A stretch of 64,000 nucleotides of DNA from Thermoanaerobaculia bacterium (GTDB lineage Bacteria; Acidobacteriota; Thermoanaerobaculia; Multivoradales; Multivoraceae), in the NCBI GenBank assembly GCA_963664405.1, contig OY761158.1:5056001-5120000 (forward strand), read 5' to 3'. How positions within the stretch are numbered: position 1 is the stretch's first letter; the number at the start of each line of letters is the position of its first letter. A program made the position numbers and the translations under genes. This document shows positions 1 through 8,472 of the stretch, in pieces. The notes under the pieces are model-generated. The model made no database searches and was not told the DNA's origin. It was given only the letters and a program-made list of their open reading frames with translations.

Positions 1-831
1 ATCGGCTGGGACAAGAGTGGCAAGACCCCCTTCTTCACCGACAAGCGGGTACGCCAGGCGATGGCCCACGCTTACGACCGCGACCGCGTCCTGCGCACCG
101 TGACCTGGGATCTCTACACTCCGTCGAACGGCATGTTCGGCCCCACCCACTGGGCTCACAACCCCGACATCGAGATCCTCGACTACGACCCCGACAGAGC
201 GGCGGCCCTCCTCGACGAGGCCGGCTGGCTGACCGACCCCGACGATGGCTGGCGCTACAAGACGATCGACGGCGAGCGGGTGAAGTTCCACTTCACCCTG
301 AACATCTCCCAGGCCTTCGTCGACGCCCGACGCTTCGCCGACATCTATCGCGATGACCTGCGTCGCATTGGCGTTTCCTTCGACACCGTGATCCAGGAAA
401 ACGCCAGCCGAAATAAGATGATGGTCGAGCACGAGTATGTCGCCCACGTCGAGACCTACCAGGTGTTCGCCGACCCTGACGTCTGGCGCAACATCTTCCA
501 CACTGACGCGATCGACAACGGGCGCAACTACGACAGCTACTCCAACCCCGAGGTCGACGACCTCTTCGATCGCTCCCGCCTCGAGCTCGACCGTGACAAG
601 CGGGCTGCTCTCTTTCGCCAGATCCAGCGGCTGATCTACGAAGATCAGGTCTGTCTCTGGATGTGGGAGTACAGCACCACCTGGGGCTTCTCCAAGCGGC
701 TGCGAGGCGTCGAGCTCGCGCCCTCCGGAGTCACCGCATTCCGACCCGGCACTCACAACTGGTGGATCGAGAAGCCTGGGGCGTTGGCGATGCCTCCAGA
801 GGGCCAGAGCCCGACCGGCGCTTCTCGCTGA
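1..831 (+). CDS. ABC transporter peptide/nickel-type substrate-binding protein (family 5), 5'-truncated by window edge
   Basis: Frame open from base 1 (IGWDKSGKTPFFTDKRVRQAMAHAYDR...). YDPDRAAALLDEAGW and YSNPEVDDLF...R...QIQRLIYED motifs of SBP family 5. Confidence 0.9.
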   Translation: MGWDKSGKTPFFTDKRVRQAMAHAYDRDRVLRTVTWDLYTPSNGMFGPTHWAHNPDIEILDYDPDRAAALLDEAGWLTDPDDGWRYKTIDGERVKFHFTLNISQAFVDARRFADIYRDDLRRIGVSFDTVIQENASRNKMMVEHEYVAHVETYQVFADPDVWRNIFHTDAIDNGRNYDSYSNPEVDDLFDRSRLELDRDKRAALFRQIQRLIYEDQVCLWMWEYSTTWGFSKRLRGVELAPSGVTAFRPGTHNWWIEKPGALAMPPEGQSPTGASR

Positions 832-840
832 GGAGGCCCC

Positions 841-1110
841 CTGACGTCCGCGGGCGATCCACTGCGCTTCTACTTCGATTACATCTCGAACAACGCCTAC
901 ATCGCCTGGACGCAGCTTCCGCGCCTGGAAAAGGAGTACGGCGTTACCGTCGAGCCGATTCCGGTTCTCTTCGCCGGGCTCCTCAATGCCCACGGCCAGG
1001 TCGGTCCGGCCGAGGTGCGACCGAAGGCGAGGTGGATGGGGCGAAACGTCATGCGCAAGGCCGCGATTCTGGGCGTGCCGCTGCAGCCACCTGTGGGGGG
1101 CGAAAACCCC
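841..1110 (+). pseudogene. Truncated DsbA-family 2-hydroxychromene-2-carboxylate isomerase/GST-kappa-like gene (N-terminal ~85-90 aa only)
   Basis: AGGAGG RBS then CTG at 841, reading LTSAGDPLRFYFDYISNNAYIAWTQLPRLEKEYGVTVEPIPVLFAGLLNAHGQVGPAEVRPKARWMGRNVMRKAAILGVPLQPP. Family resemblance is lost after ~1090; the frame runs on to 1344 through unrelated sequence. Confidence 0.75.
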
Positions 1111-1148
1111 ATTTGTCTCACGCAGCGAGTCGGCGGCGGTATCGATCG

Positions 1149-1225
1149 TGTGTCCATAACCACACGTCGGCTCGGCCCGGCTCGCTCGGCCCGGCTCGCT
1201 GCCGAGTTGCCCTGCACTCCTGACA
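1149..1225 (+). repeat. Copy 1 of a 63-bp TGT...ACA element (77 bp here because of a 14-bp internal tandem duplication)
   Basis: tgtgtccataaccacacgtcggctcggcccggctcgctcggcccggctcgctgccgagttgccctgcactcctgaca matches the reverse complement of 16558-16620 with few mismatches. ATCG lies on both sides. Confidence 0.85.
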
Positions 1226-1249
1226 ATCGAGCTCGAGGTTCCCGTCTCG

Positions 1250-1645
1250 TCAATCTGTCGAAAAGCCCTGAAGCTTCGAGTGCTGTGCCAGCAGGTCGAA
1301 GTGCGCATCCCGATGAAGGAGGCGCGCGTTGGCGAGGATCGTAGAGGCTGCGATTATCAGGTCGGTGGCTGGAATGGTGAGCCCTAGCCGCCGAAGCTGA
1401 AATCCGAGATCGGTGGCGAGATCAAAATCTGGAGGCCCGAGGTCGAGCCAGTGGAAACCCTGAAAATCCGCCTCCAGTTGCCGACGCTCCGAGTCCCCTG
1501 ACGCGTAGGAGCAGATCTCAACCTGGATGACGCCGTTGACAGCGACCTGATCCGCGGCGATCACGTTTGCAACGGCATCCTGGACGCTCCGCAAACCGGA
1601 GCTCCGGTAGTACTCTATGAAAGCCGAGCTATCCACGACGATCAT
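1250..1645 (-). CDS. vapC: PIN-domain toxin (VapC family)
   Basis: MIVVDSSAFI...E...TIPATDLIIAA...LLHRDAHF PIN motifs; 4-nt overlap with the upstream antitoxin. Confidence 0.92.
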   Translation of the reverse strand: MIVVDSSAFIEYYRSSGLRSVQDAVANVIAADQVAVNGVIQVEICSYASGDSERRQLEADFQGFHWLDLGPPDFDLATDLGFQLRRLGLTIPATDLIIAASTILANARLLHRDAHFDLLAQHSKLQGFSTD

Positions 1646-1848
1646 GGATCTCGCCGGAGCTGCTGCAAGGCCTCCTGGTCGAGATCCAACTGGATCCGCC
1701 CCCGATGCGTCAAGGCGGCTCTGAGGCGGCGCCTACGTACGACCTCCGACAGGGCAATGCGGATGGTCTCCGCTTTTGTCGGCGCTTCGAGAGCTGCTTT
1801 CGCTTGCTCCAACAGCTCAGGATCGACCGTGATCGTCATACGGCTCAT
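1642..1848 (-). CDS. vapB: Type II antitoxin (VapB family)
   Basis: MSRMTITVDPELLEQAKAALEAPTKAETIRIALSE, RHH-like; directly upstream of a PIN toxin. Start placed at ATG 1848. Confidence 0.85.
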   Translation of the reverse strand: MSRMTITVDPELLEQAKAALEAPTKAETIRIALSEVVRRRRLRAALTHRGRIQLDLDQEALQQLRRDP

Positions 1849-2049
1849 GCGCGTGCCTTTGAAGTCACCACTAGTATACACCACGTGATTGCACCGGGGC
1901 GGTGCGTTTCTCTCAATTCTCTTCGAGGCAACCTGGCTACGACAGTCGGCGGGTGTCTTCCAGCCAGTCGCTGTGATTCAGGCGACCGCGTCCTGTCCAG
2001 AAACTCGGCCGGCCGGTTCCGACCACCAACGCCGATTGAGTTCCCTGCT

Positions 2050-4104
2050 TCACTGTTGACCCCATCCCGGGTAGGGGCGGGCCTGTTTGACAAACAAGAC
2101 GGGCTCTCCGGTCGGATCGGCGTCAATCGGTTGATCGAATTTGAACTCCGTATCCATCGCGTACCACTCATTGGGATCCTTCCCGTAGAGTGGATAGAAG
2201 AATTCGTGGATCTCCTTCAACGCGATCCCCAGCTTGTGTGACTGGGCGGTGGTCAAGACCGTCGTACCCTTGGGCACGAGACTGGAATGGGCGATGAAGA
2301 CGATGGGCTGCCCAGGGAAATCGAACTGATAGACAAACTGATCCGTTGTCATCCCAGGCTCCGGCTGAACCACCGATGCACCGCCGAGCTGTACGTTGAT
2401 GTAGAACCCAGGCTCCATGCCGGACGGATCGAACGGGTTCGCCGTGATGGCAACCCCGTTCGCTTCCTCATAGGGGAACGAGTTGTGCACCAGAAGCGCC
2501 ATACCCACCGTCTCGTGGTCGATGTTGCGATAGCTACGTTCTTCAAAGGCCCGAAAGGACCACACGCTGGCCCAGACGGTGCGAACCGCACCGAGCACTG
2601 AGCCGGGCTCCTTCGGATCACCGCTCTTCGATGTGTAGAGGCCCGCGCCGGTGAAACCTTCCAGATCCTCGGCGTTGGTGCTCGAGCGGAAGCGCATTCT
2701 GATGCCGGGATAGTCCGAATTCAGTTTGTTCAACAGCGCCGCTTCGAACTCCGGATCGACCGGAGCCTTCATCATCGCTTCGCGCAGTTCGTCGAGACGC
2801 CGATCGCGGGTAGCCGGGTCGTCTTGAAACCGCCGGTCGGCAAGCATCTGGGTCACCTGGTCGAGGAGGCCGTTCTGCTTCATGAACTGCCAGTAATAGA
2901 AGATCGGCACGGCGAACGCCTTGGGGAAAGGCATCTTCTCGTTGTCCATATGCGGGAAAGCGCCATAGTGGCTCGCCTTGCCACCGAAGGCGGGAATCGC
3001 CAAGGCCAGGGCCTCTCCGAGGTCATGGCTCTCGAGATCGAGCATGTCTTCGATGTCTCTGAGCTCCTTGGTCTCTAGATCCCAAGACGGTACCGACACC
3101 CTTGCTGGCTTGTGCTCCTCCCACCATGCATCGGCCTCGTCGCTGGTCGCATCCGAAACCGAGTATTCAAAGGGACCGACATCGAGCTTGACCCACTTGC
3201 CTTCAAAGCGTCGGAGATCGTCTCCGGCATAGGCTCCTCGAAGACCCATATTGGGCGTGCCGCGATTCTGGGAAAGAACGTTGATATGCGATAGGGGAGT
3301 CTGAAAGTCCTCGGTGATGATGCCGGAGGTGACTGAGATGTCGTTGGGCACCCGGTCGAGCACGACGATGTCGCGGAAGCCCACGTACTGGGTCTCGAGC
3401 TCCTCGGCAGTGAGAAAGACCAGTCTGCCGATGCTCGCCCCGTAGTTGAGCGGTTGGTAGTCGATGTCTTCGTAGAGCTCGTCGGTGGTGATCACCTTGA
3501 CGGAGTCGGGGAGGTTCTCTGCCTCTTTGCCGATCGCTTGAGAGGTCGGATGAAAATAGAGCTCGTCTCCGAAGGGGGATGACTCGGCGATCTTTTGATA
3601 GGCCCAGCGGATCATCTCGGCATCGGCCTTGTCGTAGGGAGCTACTTCATAGGCCCAGAGCCCGGGACCTTCGTAGCGAGTGATGGCACCTGAGACGAAG
3701 CGACGATTGGGGCTGTAGTACTCCGTGGCATTGAATTGGGAGAGGCCCGGGACGATCGGTCTGCCGTCGCCGGAGAGGTGAGCCGAGGCGAAGTCCCAGT
3801 GGATTGGATACTTATCGCTGTTCTGAAAGTACAGTGTGTCGGCGTCTGCCCGATCGATGACCGTCTTGAGAGAGGTCGCCCCGGGGATGCTCGTGTCCAA
3901 TGGTGCCGAAGCCAGGGTCCTGAAGTCGCCCTCGCAGCCAATCATGTTCAAGAAATCGGGCTCGTCTCCTTCTTCAATCGCGCAGACCGCGTCCTCCTGC
4001 CTGGGCTTCAGAGCGCCGTCGCCGCACGAGAAGAGGAGGATCGGCGCAGCGAGCAGAAGCGAAAGTTTTCGTGTCAACTCGAGTTTTTTGCAGTTTGGCC
4101 TCAT
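2050..4104 (-). CDS. Lipoprotein with phosphohistidine-like segment and PEP/pyruvate-binding (PPDK_N, ATP-grasp) domain
   Basis: Lipobox-like ILLFSC; TPLSHINVLSQNRGTPNM; GGKASHY; RFRSSTNAEDLEGFTGAGLYTS; DTEFK; KQARP. Start at 4104 gives an ATGA overlap with the upstream gene. Confidence 0.85.
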   Translation of the reverse strand: MRPNCKKLELTRKLSLLLAAPILLFSCGDGALKPRQEDAVCAIEEGDEPDFLNMIGCEGDFRTLASAPLDTSIPGATSLKTVIDRADADTLYFQNSDKYPIHWDFASAHLSGDGRPIVPGLSQFNATEYYSPNRRFVSGAITRYEGPGLWAYEVAPYDKADAEMIRWAYQKIAESSPFGDELYFHPTSQAIGKEAENLPDSVKVITTDELYEDIDYQPLNYGASIGRLVFLTAEELETQYVGFRDIVVLDRVPNDISVTSGIITEDFQTPLSHINVLSQNRGTPNMGLRGAYAGDDLRRFEGKWVKLDVGPFEYSVSDATSDEADAWWEEHKPARVSVPSWDLETKELRDIEDMLDLESHDLGEALALAIPAFGGKASHYGAFPHMDNEKMPFPKAFAVPIFYYWQFMKQNGLLDQVTQMLADRRFQDDPATRDRRLDELREAMMKAPVDPEFEAALLNKLNSDYPGIRMRFRSSTNAEDLEGFTGAGLYTSKSGDPKEPGSVLGAVRTVWASVWSFRAFEERSYRNIDHETVGMALLVHNSFPYEEANGVAITANPFDPSGMEPGFYINVQLGGASVVQPEPGMTTDQFVYQFDFPGQPIVFIAHSSLVPKGTTVLTTAQSHKLGIALKEIHEFFYPLYGKDPNEWYAMDTEFKFDQPIDADPTGEPVLFVKQARPYPGWGQQ

Positions 4105-5090
4105 CGACATCGAAAGTCCGGCTGGCAGGCTTGCTCTTCGGGACAATCTGCATCCTCATTGCAGGAGATGACACCCGGGATCTCCAAGATCTTGGTGATC
4201 ATCGATTGGATTACGAGCTCTGTCTCGACCGATGGATCCGTCGTGCCGATCGCTTTTCGAGTGATCTCTACCTTGGGAAATCCCGAGACACCGAGAGCCT
4301 TGAGCTGATCCAGCAACGAGGCCGACACCTGCAGTGAGCCGGTGTCAGGAGACTCGCATTCGATCTTTCCCTTGGTTCCACCGTGGTAACTGATATCGAA
4401 GGCGGCCGAGATGGGGGCGAGCTCCGGTTGCTGCGCCGGTGTCCACTCCAGCGTCATCGGCCCGCCATCGAGTCTGAGGGTCTTGTCGGTCACTTCCAGC
4501 GGGCTAATAGCCTTGGCAGTCATGGTGAAAGGTGCCAGGGATGCTGTGCCGGAGGCAGAAAAGGTGATGTCGTCGCCTTCAGAGAAGGCGGGGTGGGGGA
4601 GACGGATACCGCCGGTTGGCTGGTAGTTGTTGGCAATGGGGTCCATGGAGAACGTGTTCGCTCCGGCGTCCGTCCGCAACCCATCCGCCTGTACCGTACC
4701 CACCGTGATGGGCGAAGGGTAGGGTTGGCACCGACCCTCTTCAACGCAGATAGTGCCACTGCCGCAGGGCTCTTCACAGAAAGGAACGCGCGGCGTGAGA
4801 AGCCGGCACGCACCGTCGCTTGCGGCTTCCTCCCAGATGAGTGCGGGAGGTGTCGGGCCGTCGTAGACCTTGCCTAGCACCGAGGTGAAGCCCGGCGTTT
4901 CACCCCGGGGTGCCACCAGAGCGACCTGAAAGGTGCCGAAAGGCTGTTGGGTTGCAGAACCCGGTATCTCTTGGTCAGACGGGGCGTCTACCGACGGGGT
5001 TTCACCACCGCAGGAGTAGCTGAGTAGCAGGAGCGCTGCGATCCCACCCCAGGCTGTCGTTGCACGAAGCATCAGGGCTCCGCGAGCCAT
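4101..5090 (-). CDS. Hypothetical Cys-containing lipoprotein
   Basis: LLLLSYSCGG lipobox; Cys clusters (FCEEPCGSGTICVEEGRCQP; C-terminal CNEDADCPEEQACQPDFRCR); TAATG coupling with the upstream gene. Confidence 0.75.
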   Translation of the reverse strand: MARGALMLRATTAWGGIAALLLLSYSCGGETPSVDAPSDQEIPGSATQQPFGTFQVALVAPRGETPGFTSVLGKVYDGPTPPALIWEEAASDGACRLLTPRVPFCEEPCGSGTICVEEGRCQPYPSPITVGTVQADGLRTDAGANTFSMDPIANNYQPTGGIRLPHPAFSEGDDITFSASGTASLAPFTMTAKAISPLEVTDKTLRLDGGPMTLEWTPAQQPELAPISAAFDISYHGGTKGKIECESPDTGSLQVSASLLDQLKALGVSGFPKVEITRKAIGTTDPSVETELVIQSMITKILEIPGVISCNEDADCPEEQACQPDFRCR

Positions 5091-5974
5091 TATGGCTCGA
5101 GAGCGAAACAGTAGATTCCGCCATAGCCGCCTCCGAGTCCCACGGTAGCGGCCTGCCTGTCCTTGCCGCTCGGAGTGATCTGGCCACCGGGCGCGCAGCC
5201 GATGGCATTGTAGTGGGAGATCCAGCTTTGGATTCGGGGTTCTGCACCCGGACGGGGGGCACGGGGCCAGGACAATCCAATGCGAGGTCGTCCAGAGGAC
5301 CCGAACGACTTTTTGAGATCGCGTGACCCTCTGATATCCACACCTTCCTCCATATAGCCGTCGGCGGTCGTCCAATCCGAGCATGTGGAGGAGAGGCTCC
5401 CGGCGTCGGGGTAGAGCCTTCCGTCCTTGCCCGAGCCGGTCAGGGTGTGGTGGTTCTCCTGTTGTGGCAGGCCCGGATCGGGCTGGTGATTCGGGACACC
5501 ATCCTCATTGGGGAGGTCGTCTCGAATCGCCGGGTCGCCGTTCTCCGGGCGGTCGGTCGCCACCAGGTCTGCCTTGGTCGGCGCCACCAGTCTACCGAGG
5601 CGGTCGTACCAGGGGCCCTCTCCAATCCGATCGATCGCGTCCACCTGCTTGCCGTTCTCGTCGGCGGTGACACTCAGGAACGCACGCCACTGTTTGGCCG
5701 ACGAGCCTGGCATGCTCTTTTCGGCGATGGTGGTACAGATCTTGTCTGCCCCTCGCAGGCCGGCCCCCTGACCGGTCTCACCAAAACGAAGATCGCCGCC
5801 AAAGCCATCCAGAGAGCCCGATAGTTCCTGCATCGCCTTGGTACTGGTCACGAAGAAGCTGAAATGAGGAAGGGAGTCCGCATCCCTCTGAGCTCCAGCC
5901 GCGGGCGCACCCTCCAGGATTGTCAGAGCCGTCGAAACGGAAAGGAGCATGGCTCCCGCAATACGATTCGTCAT
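5090..5974 (-). CDS. Secreted endostatin-like/C-type-lectin-fold protein, paralog 1
   Basis: Signal peptide; FSFFVTS...GL.GADKIC...WRAFLS...DAIDRIGEGPWYD...TC.DWT...GGIYCFAL, the pattern of bacterial endostatin-like proteins. Confidence 0.75.
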   Translation of the reverse strand: MTNRIAGAMLLSVSTALTILEGAPAAGAQRDADSLPHFSFFVTSTKAMQELSGSLDGFGGDLRFGETGQGAGLRGADKICTTIAEKSMPGSSAKQWRAFLSVTADENGKQVDAIDRIGEGPWYDRLGRLVAPTKADLVATDRPENGDPAIRDDLPNEDGVPNHQPDPGLPQQENHHTLTGSGKDGRLYPDAGSLSSTCSDWTTADGYMEEGVDIRGSRDLKKSFGSSGRPRIGLSWPRAPRPGAEPRIQSWISHYNAIGCAPGGQITPSGKDRQAATVGLGGGYGGIYCFALEP

Positions 5975-6039
5975 CGGTTCTCCTTAGGACATCTCCGCCA
6001 TAGGTCGAATAACGGAGGATCTCTCCTCCGCACTAATAT

Positions 6040-6072
6040 AAGAGCATTGTCGCCGCCCCGCCCAAGTGTGAC
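6040..6072 (-). promoter_or_regulatory. ECF-type promoter motif, copy 1 (upstream of 5974 operon)
   Basis: Minus strand GTCACACTT-GGGCGGGGCGGC-GACAAT-GCTCTT (12-nt spacer). Confidence 0.75.
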
Positions 6073-6101
6073 GGCGTTCTGCCGGGAAAGGCCGGGCGCC
6101 C

Positions 6102-6148
6102 CCGGCTAGGTGCGGCCGGCTAGGTGCGGCCGGCTAGGCCCGGCCGGA
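6102..6148. repeat. 14-bp tandem repeat (ccggctaggtgcgg) x ~3 between back-to-back promoter motifs
   Basis: ccggctaggtgcgg-ccggctaggtgcgg-ccggctaggcccgg-ccgg read directly. Confidence 0.85.
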
Positions 6149-6153
6149 GGTTC

Positions 6154-6186
6154 TGTCACACTTCGGGCCCACGCGACAAGACCTAT
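6154..6186 (+). promoter_or_regulatory. ECF-type promoter motif, copy 2 (upstream of DUF4956/CotH genes)
   Basis: T-GTCACACTT-CGGGCCCACGC-GACAAG-ACCTAT (11-nt spacer, one mismatch). Confidence 0.65.
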
Positions 6187-6247
6187 ATTGGACGTATGAA
6201 TCGGGTGCCGGTGCTCTTCATGCGCTACCAGCGCCGGCGTTGGGTAG

Positions 6248-6991
6248 GTGACACCGCTCCAACTACTCTCAGAAAGTGAGCCAGCGATGGGAAATCTGAC
6301 GTCAAGTCTCGAGCGGCTGCGAGAGTTGGGAGACCGCCAGATGGAGGAGGTCGGGATTGTTCCCTTCTTTCTCGTTTTAGCCCTGTCCCTGGCCAGTGCT
6401 CTATTCGTCGCCTACCTCTACTCGCGCTTCTATGGGAGTCGGCAGACCGGCACCGAGATGCATCGGGCGTTCCCGCTCTTGGGTCTGTCGATCACCGCGA
6501 TCTTCATCTGCATCCAGTTCTCTCTGCCGCTGTCTCTGGGCCTTCTCGGCGCTCTTTCGATCGTGCGTTTTCGCACCCCCGTCAAGGAGCCGGAGGAGAT
6601 CGGCTTTCTGATGGTGGTGATTGCCGCCTCGCTCGCCTGCGCCACCTTTAACTTCGCCTTCCTCGCCATCCTCCTGGTGATCGCTCTGGTTGCTGCGGCT
6701 ACCGGAGACAGGATCTGGGGGAAGCTTGGTGGCGGTGGCCGTAGCGGAGTCGTTCTTCTTTCGGCCGCTGTTGCCGAGTTTGACCAGAAGCGGGCGACGG
6801 TGCTGTCTCTGTTGGCAGAACGGATTCGCCGCGGGCGACTCGAGAGTCTTGCGCGTCATGACGGGGAGATGGTCCTCACCTACAGTTTCCGGGATCTCAC
6901 ACCGAGCACGCTCGCGGATCTGGAACAGGAGCTGAGCGGTGCCGTCGAGTCATCTCGCGTCAGCGTCGCGTATCAGAGGTCGGGGGTGTGA
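6248..6991 (+). CDS. DUF4956-family membrane protein
   Basis: SLPLSLGLLGALSIVRFRTPVKEPEEIGFL signature and several TM segments. The start may be ATG 6287. Confidence 0.85.
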   Translation: MTPLQLLSESEPAMGNLTSSLERLRELGDRQMEEVGIVPFFLVLALSLASALFVAYLYSRFYGSRQTGTEMHRAFPLLGLSITAIFICIQFSLPLSLGLLGALSIVRFRTPVKEPEEIGFLMVVIAASLACATFNFAFLAILLVIALVAAATGDRIWGKLGGGGRSGVVLLSAAVAEFDQKRATVLSLLAERIRRGRLESLARHDGEMVLTYSFRDLTPSTLADLEQELSGAVESSRVSVAYQRSGV

Positions 6992-8445
6992 AGCCTGAGC
7001 GTGGCCGTTCACGGCCGCGGTGGGTCGGGCTGGTTCTGCTGGCCCTTGCAACGACTTCGATCGTCGCTGCCGCCCTCTTTCTCGAGGGGTGGGAGGGGAT
7101 GGACCCCTTGCGGCAGGCGCTGCCGCCGACGGAAGTGGATGCGCGGGCGTTCGGCGTGGGCAAGCTCGACCGTCTGCTCTTCGAGCTCGGCGTGATCCAC
7201 GCCGTCACCTTCGACGAAGAGACGGCCAGGCGATCCGGAGTCCGCGACGGACCGGCCAAGTGGCGGGTCGGCAAGGTCGACGCGGAGTCGCTGCCCAGCT
7301 CCCTCGCCGTTCCCCGCCAGGTGGTGGAGAGCGGAGTGCGGGTGCTCTCACTGGTGCTCGAGCCGGAAGACTGGGAGTTCCTCGAGACGCATGCACGGGG
7401 TCGGGGGCTCGAATCGGAGCGCCCGGCATACGCTAGCCTGTATGAAGGCGGCGAGCTCCTGTTGGCCTCCGGCGTCGGCGTGCGCGTTCATGGCGGTCGC
7501 AGCCGTCGCCACGAGAGCGCAAGAAGTCTGCGCCTTTACTTCGACCGGAGCTACGGCATCGCCGGCGCTCCGGCTTCACGATTCGGATGGCAGCACGGTG
7601 GGGAGGTGGATCGGTTGGTGGTGCACAACGACCTACGCTGGGACTACGAGGGAGCGGAGTGGCGCTCGGCCAGCCCGCTCGCCTACGACCTTGCCCGGCA
7701 GATCGGCGCGCTGGCTCCCGAGACCTCGCCGGCCCTGCTCTTCGTCAACGGTGAGCCGTATGGACTCTTCTTCCTCACCGAGCGGCTAGATAGCGACTAT
7801 CTGCAGCGGCACTTCGGTCACGAGGACTTCGTCTTCCTGCGCACCAAGAGTGATGTCGGAGCTCGGCGCTGGCAGCAGGGCAACCGCGATCTGTTTCTCT
7901 GGCTGCAGGCCCGCGTGAGGGCACTTCCCGGTAGCGAGCTGGATCAGCTCGAGACCCTTGTCGATGTCGACAACCTCATCCGCTGGTTCCTCTCGGTCGC
8001 CTTCTGCGGCACCACCGATCCCTTTCAGGGGCCCCTGCTGCGGGACGCTTCGAGCCCCACCGGCCGCTGGTTCTGGGTCAACTGGGATATGGACCACAGT
8101 TTCATGAATACCCGCGCCAGTGCCCTGCCACCCTGGGAGATCGACCTGTTTTCCTGGATCCTCGAGGGGCGGCACCCCGACCTGCGAGCGATTCTGCTGC
8201 GCCGTCTGTGGAAAGGAAGCCCCGAGTTTCGCGGCCGCGTTAGTTCGGCGTTCGAGGAGATGCTCGACCAGCGTCTGACCGACGATTTCCTCGACGAGCG
8301 CTATGCCCACTATCGCCGGGTCGCGGCGGAGTATGAGGTCGATAACGACGACTATCTGGGGGTCATGGGCGAGTTTCTTGTGCGGCGAAAGGCGGTTGTT
8401 CGGCGTCAGATGAAGGGTCTGCTGGCCACCTCTTCCAGCGACTGA
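6988..8445 (+). CDS. CotH-family kinase, N-terminally anchored/exported
   Basis: GVRVHGGRSR...SLRLYF; LFVNGEPYGLFFLTERLD; WFWVNWDMDHSF; hydrophobic N-terminus. Confidence 0.85.
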   Translation: MKPERGRSRPRWVGLVLLALATTSIVAAALFLEGWEGMDPLRQALPPTEVDARAFGVGKLDRLLFELGVIHAVTFDEETARRSGVRDGPAKWRVGKVDAESLPSSLAVPRQVVESGVRVLSLVLEPEDWEFLETHARGRGLESERPAYASLYEGGELLLASGVGVRVHGGRSRRHESARSLRLYFDRSYGIAGAPASRFGWQHGGEVDRLVVHNDLRWDYEGAEWRSASPLAYDLARQIGALAPETSPALLFVNGEPYGLFFLTERLDSDYLQRHFGHEDFVFLRTKSDVGARRWQQGNRDLFLWLQARVRALPGSELDQLETLVDVDNLIRWFLSVAFCGTTDPFQGPLLRDASSPTGRWFWVNWDMDHSFMNTRASALPPWEIDLFSWILEGRHPDLRAILLRRLWKGSPEFRGRVSSAFEEMLDQRLTDDFLDERYAHYRRVAAEYEVDNDDYLGVMGEFLVRRKAVVRRQMKGLLATSSSD

Positions 8446-8472
8446 TCTACGTTCAAGCCTGCTCGTTCCTCC

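Noticed and set aside
6102-6148. CRISPR-like array (also considered for 22453-22800)
   Set aside because: Units are contiguous with no unique spacers, and no cas genes are present.
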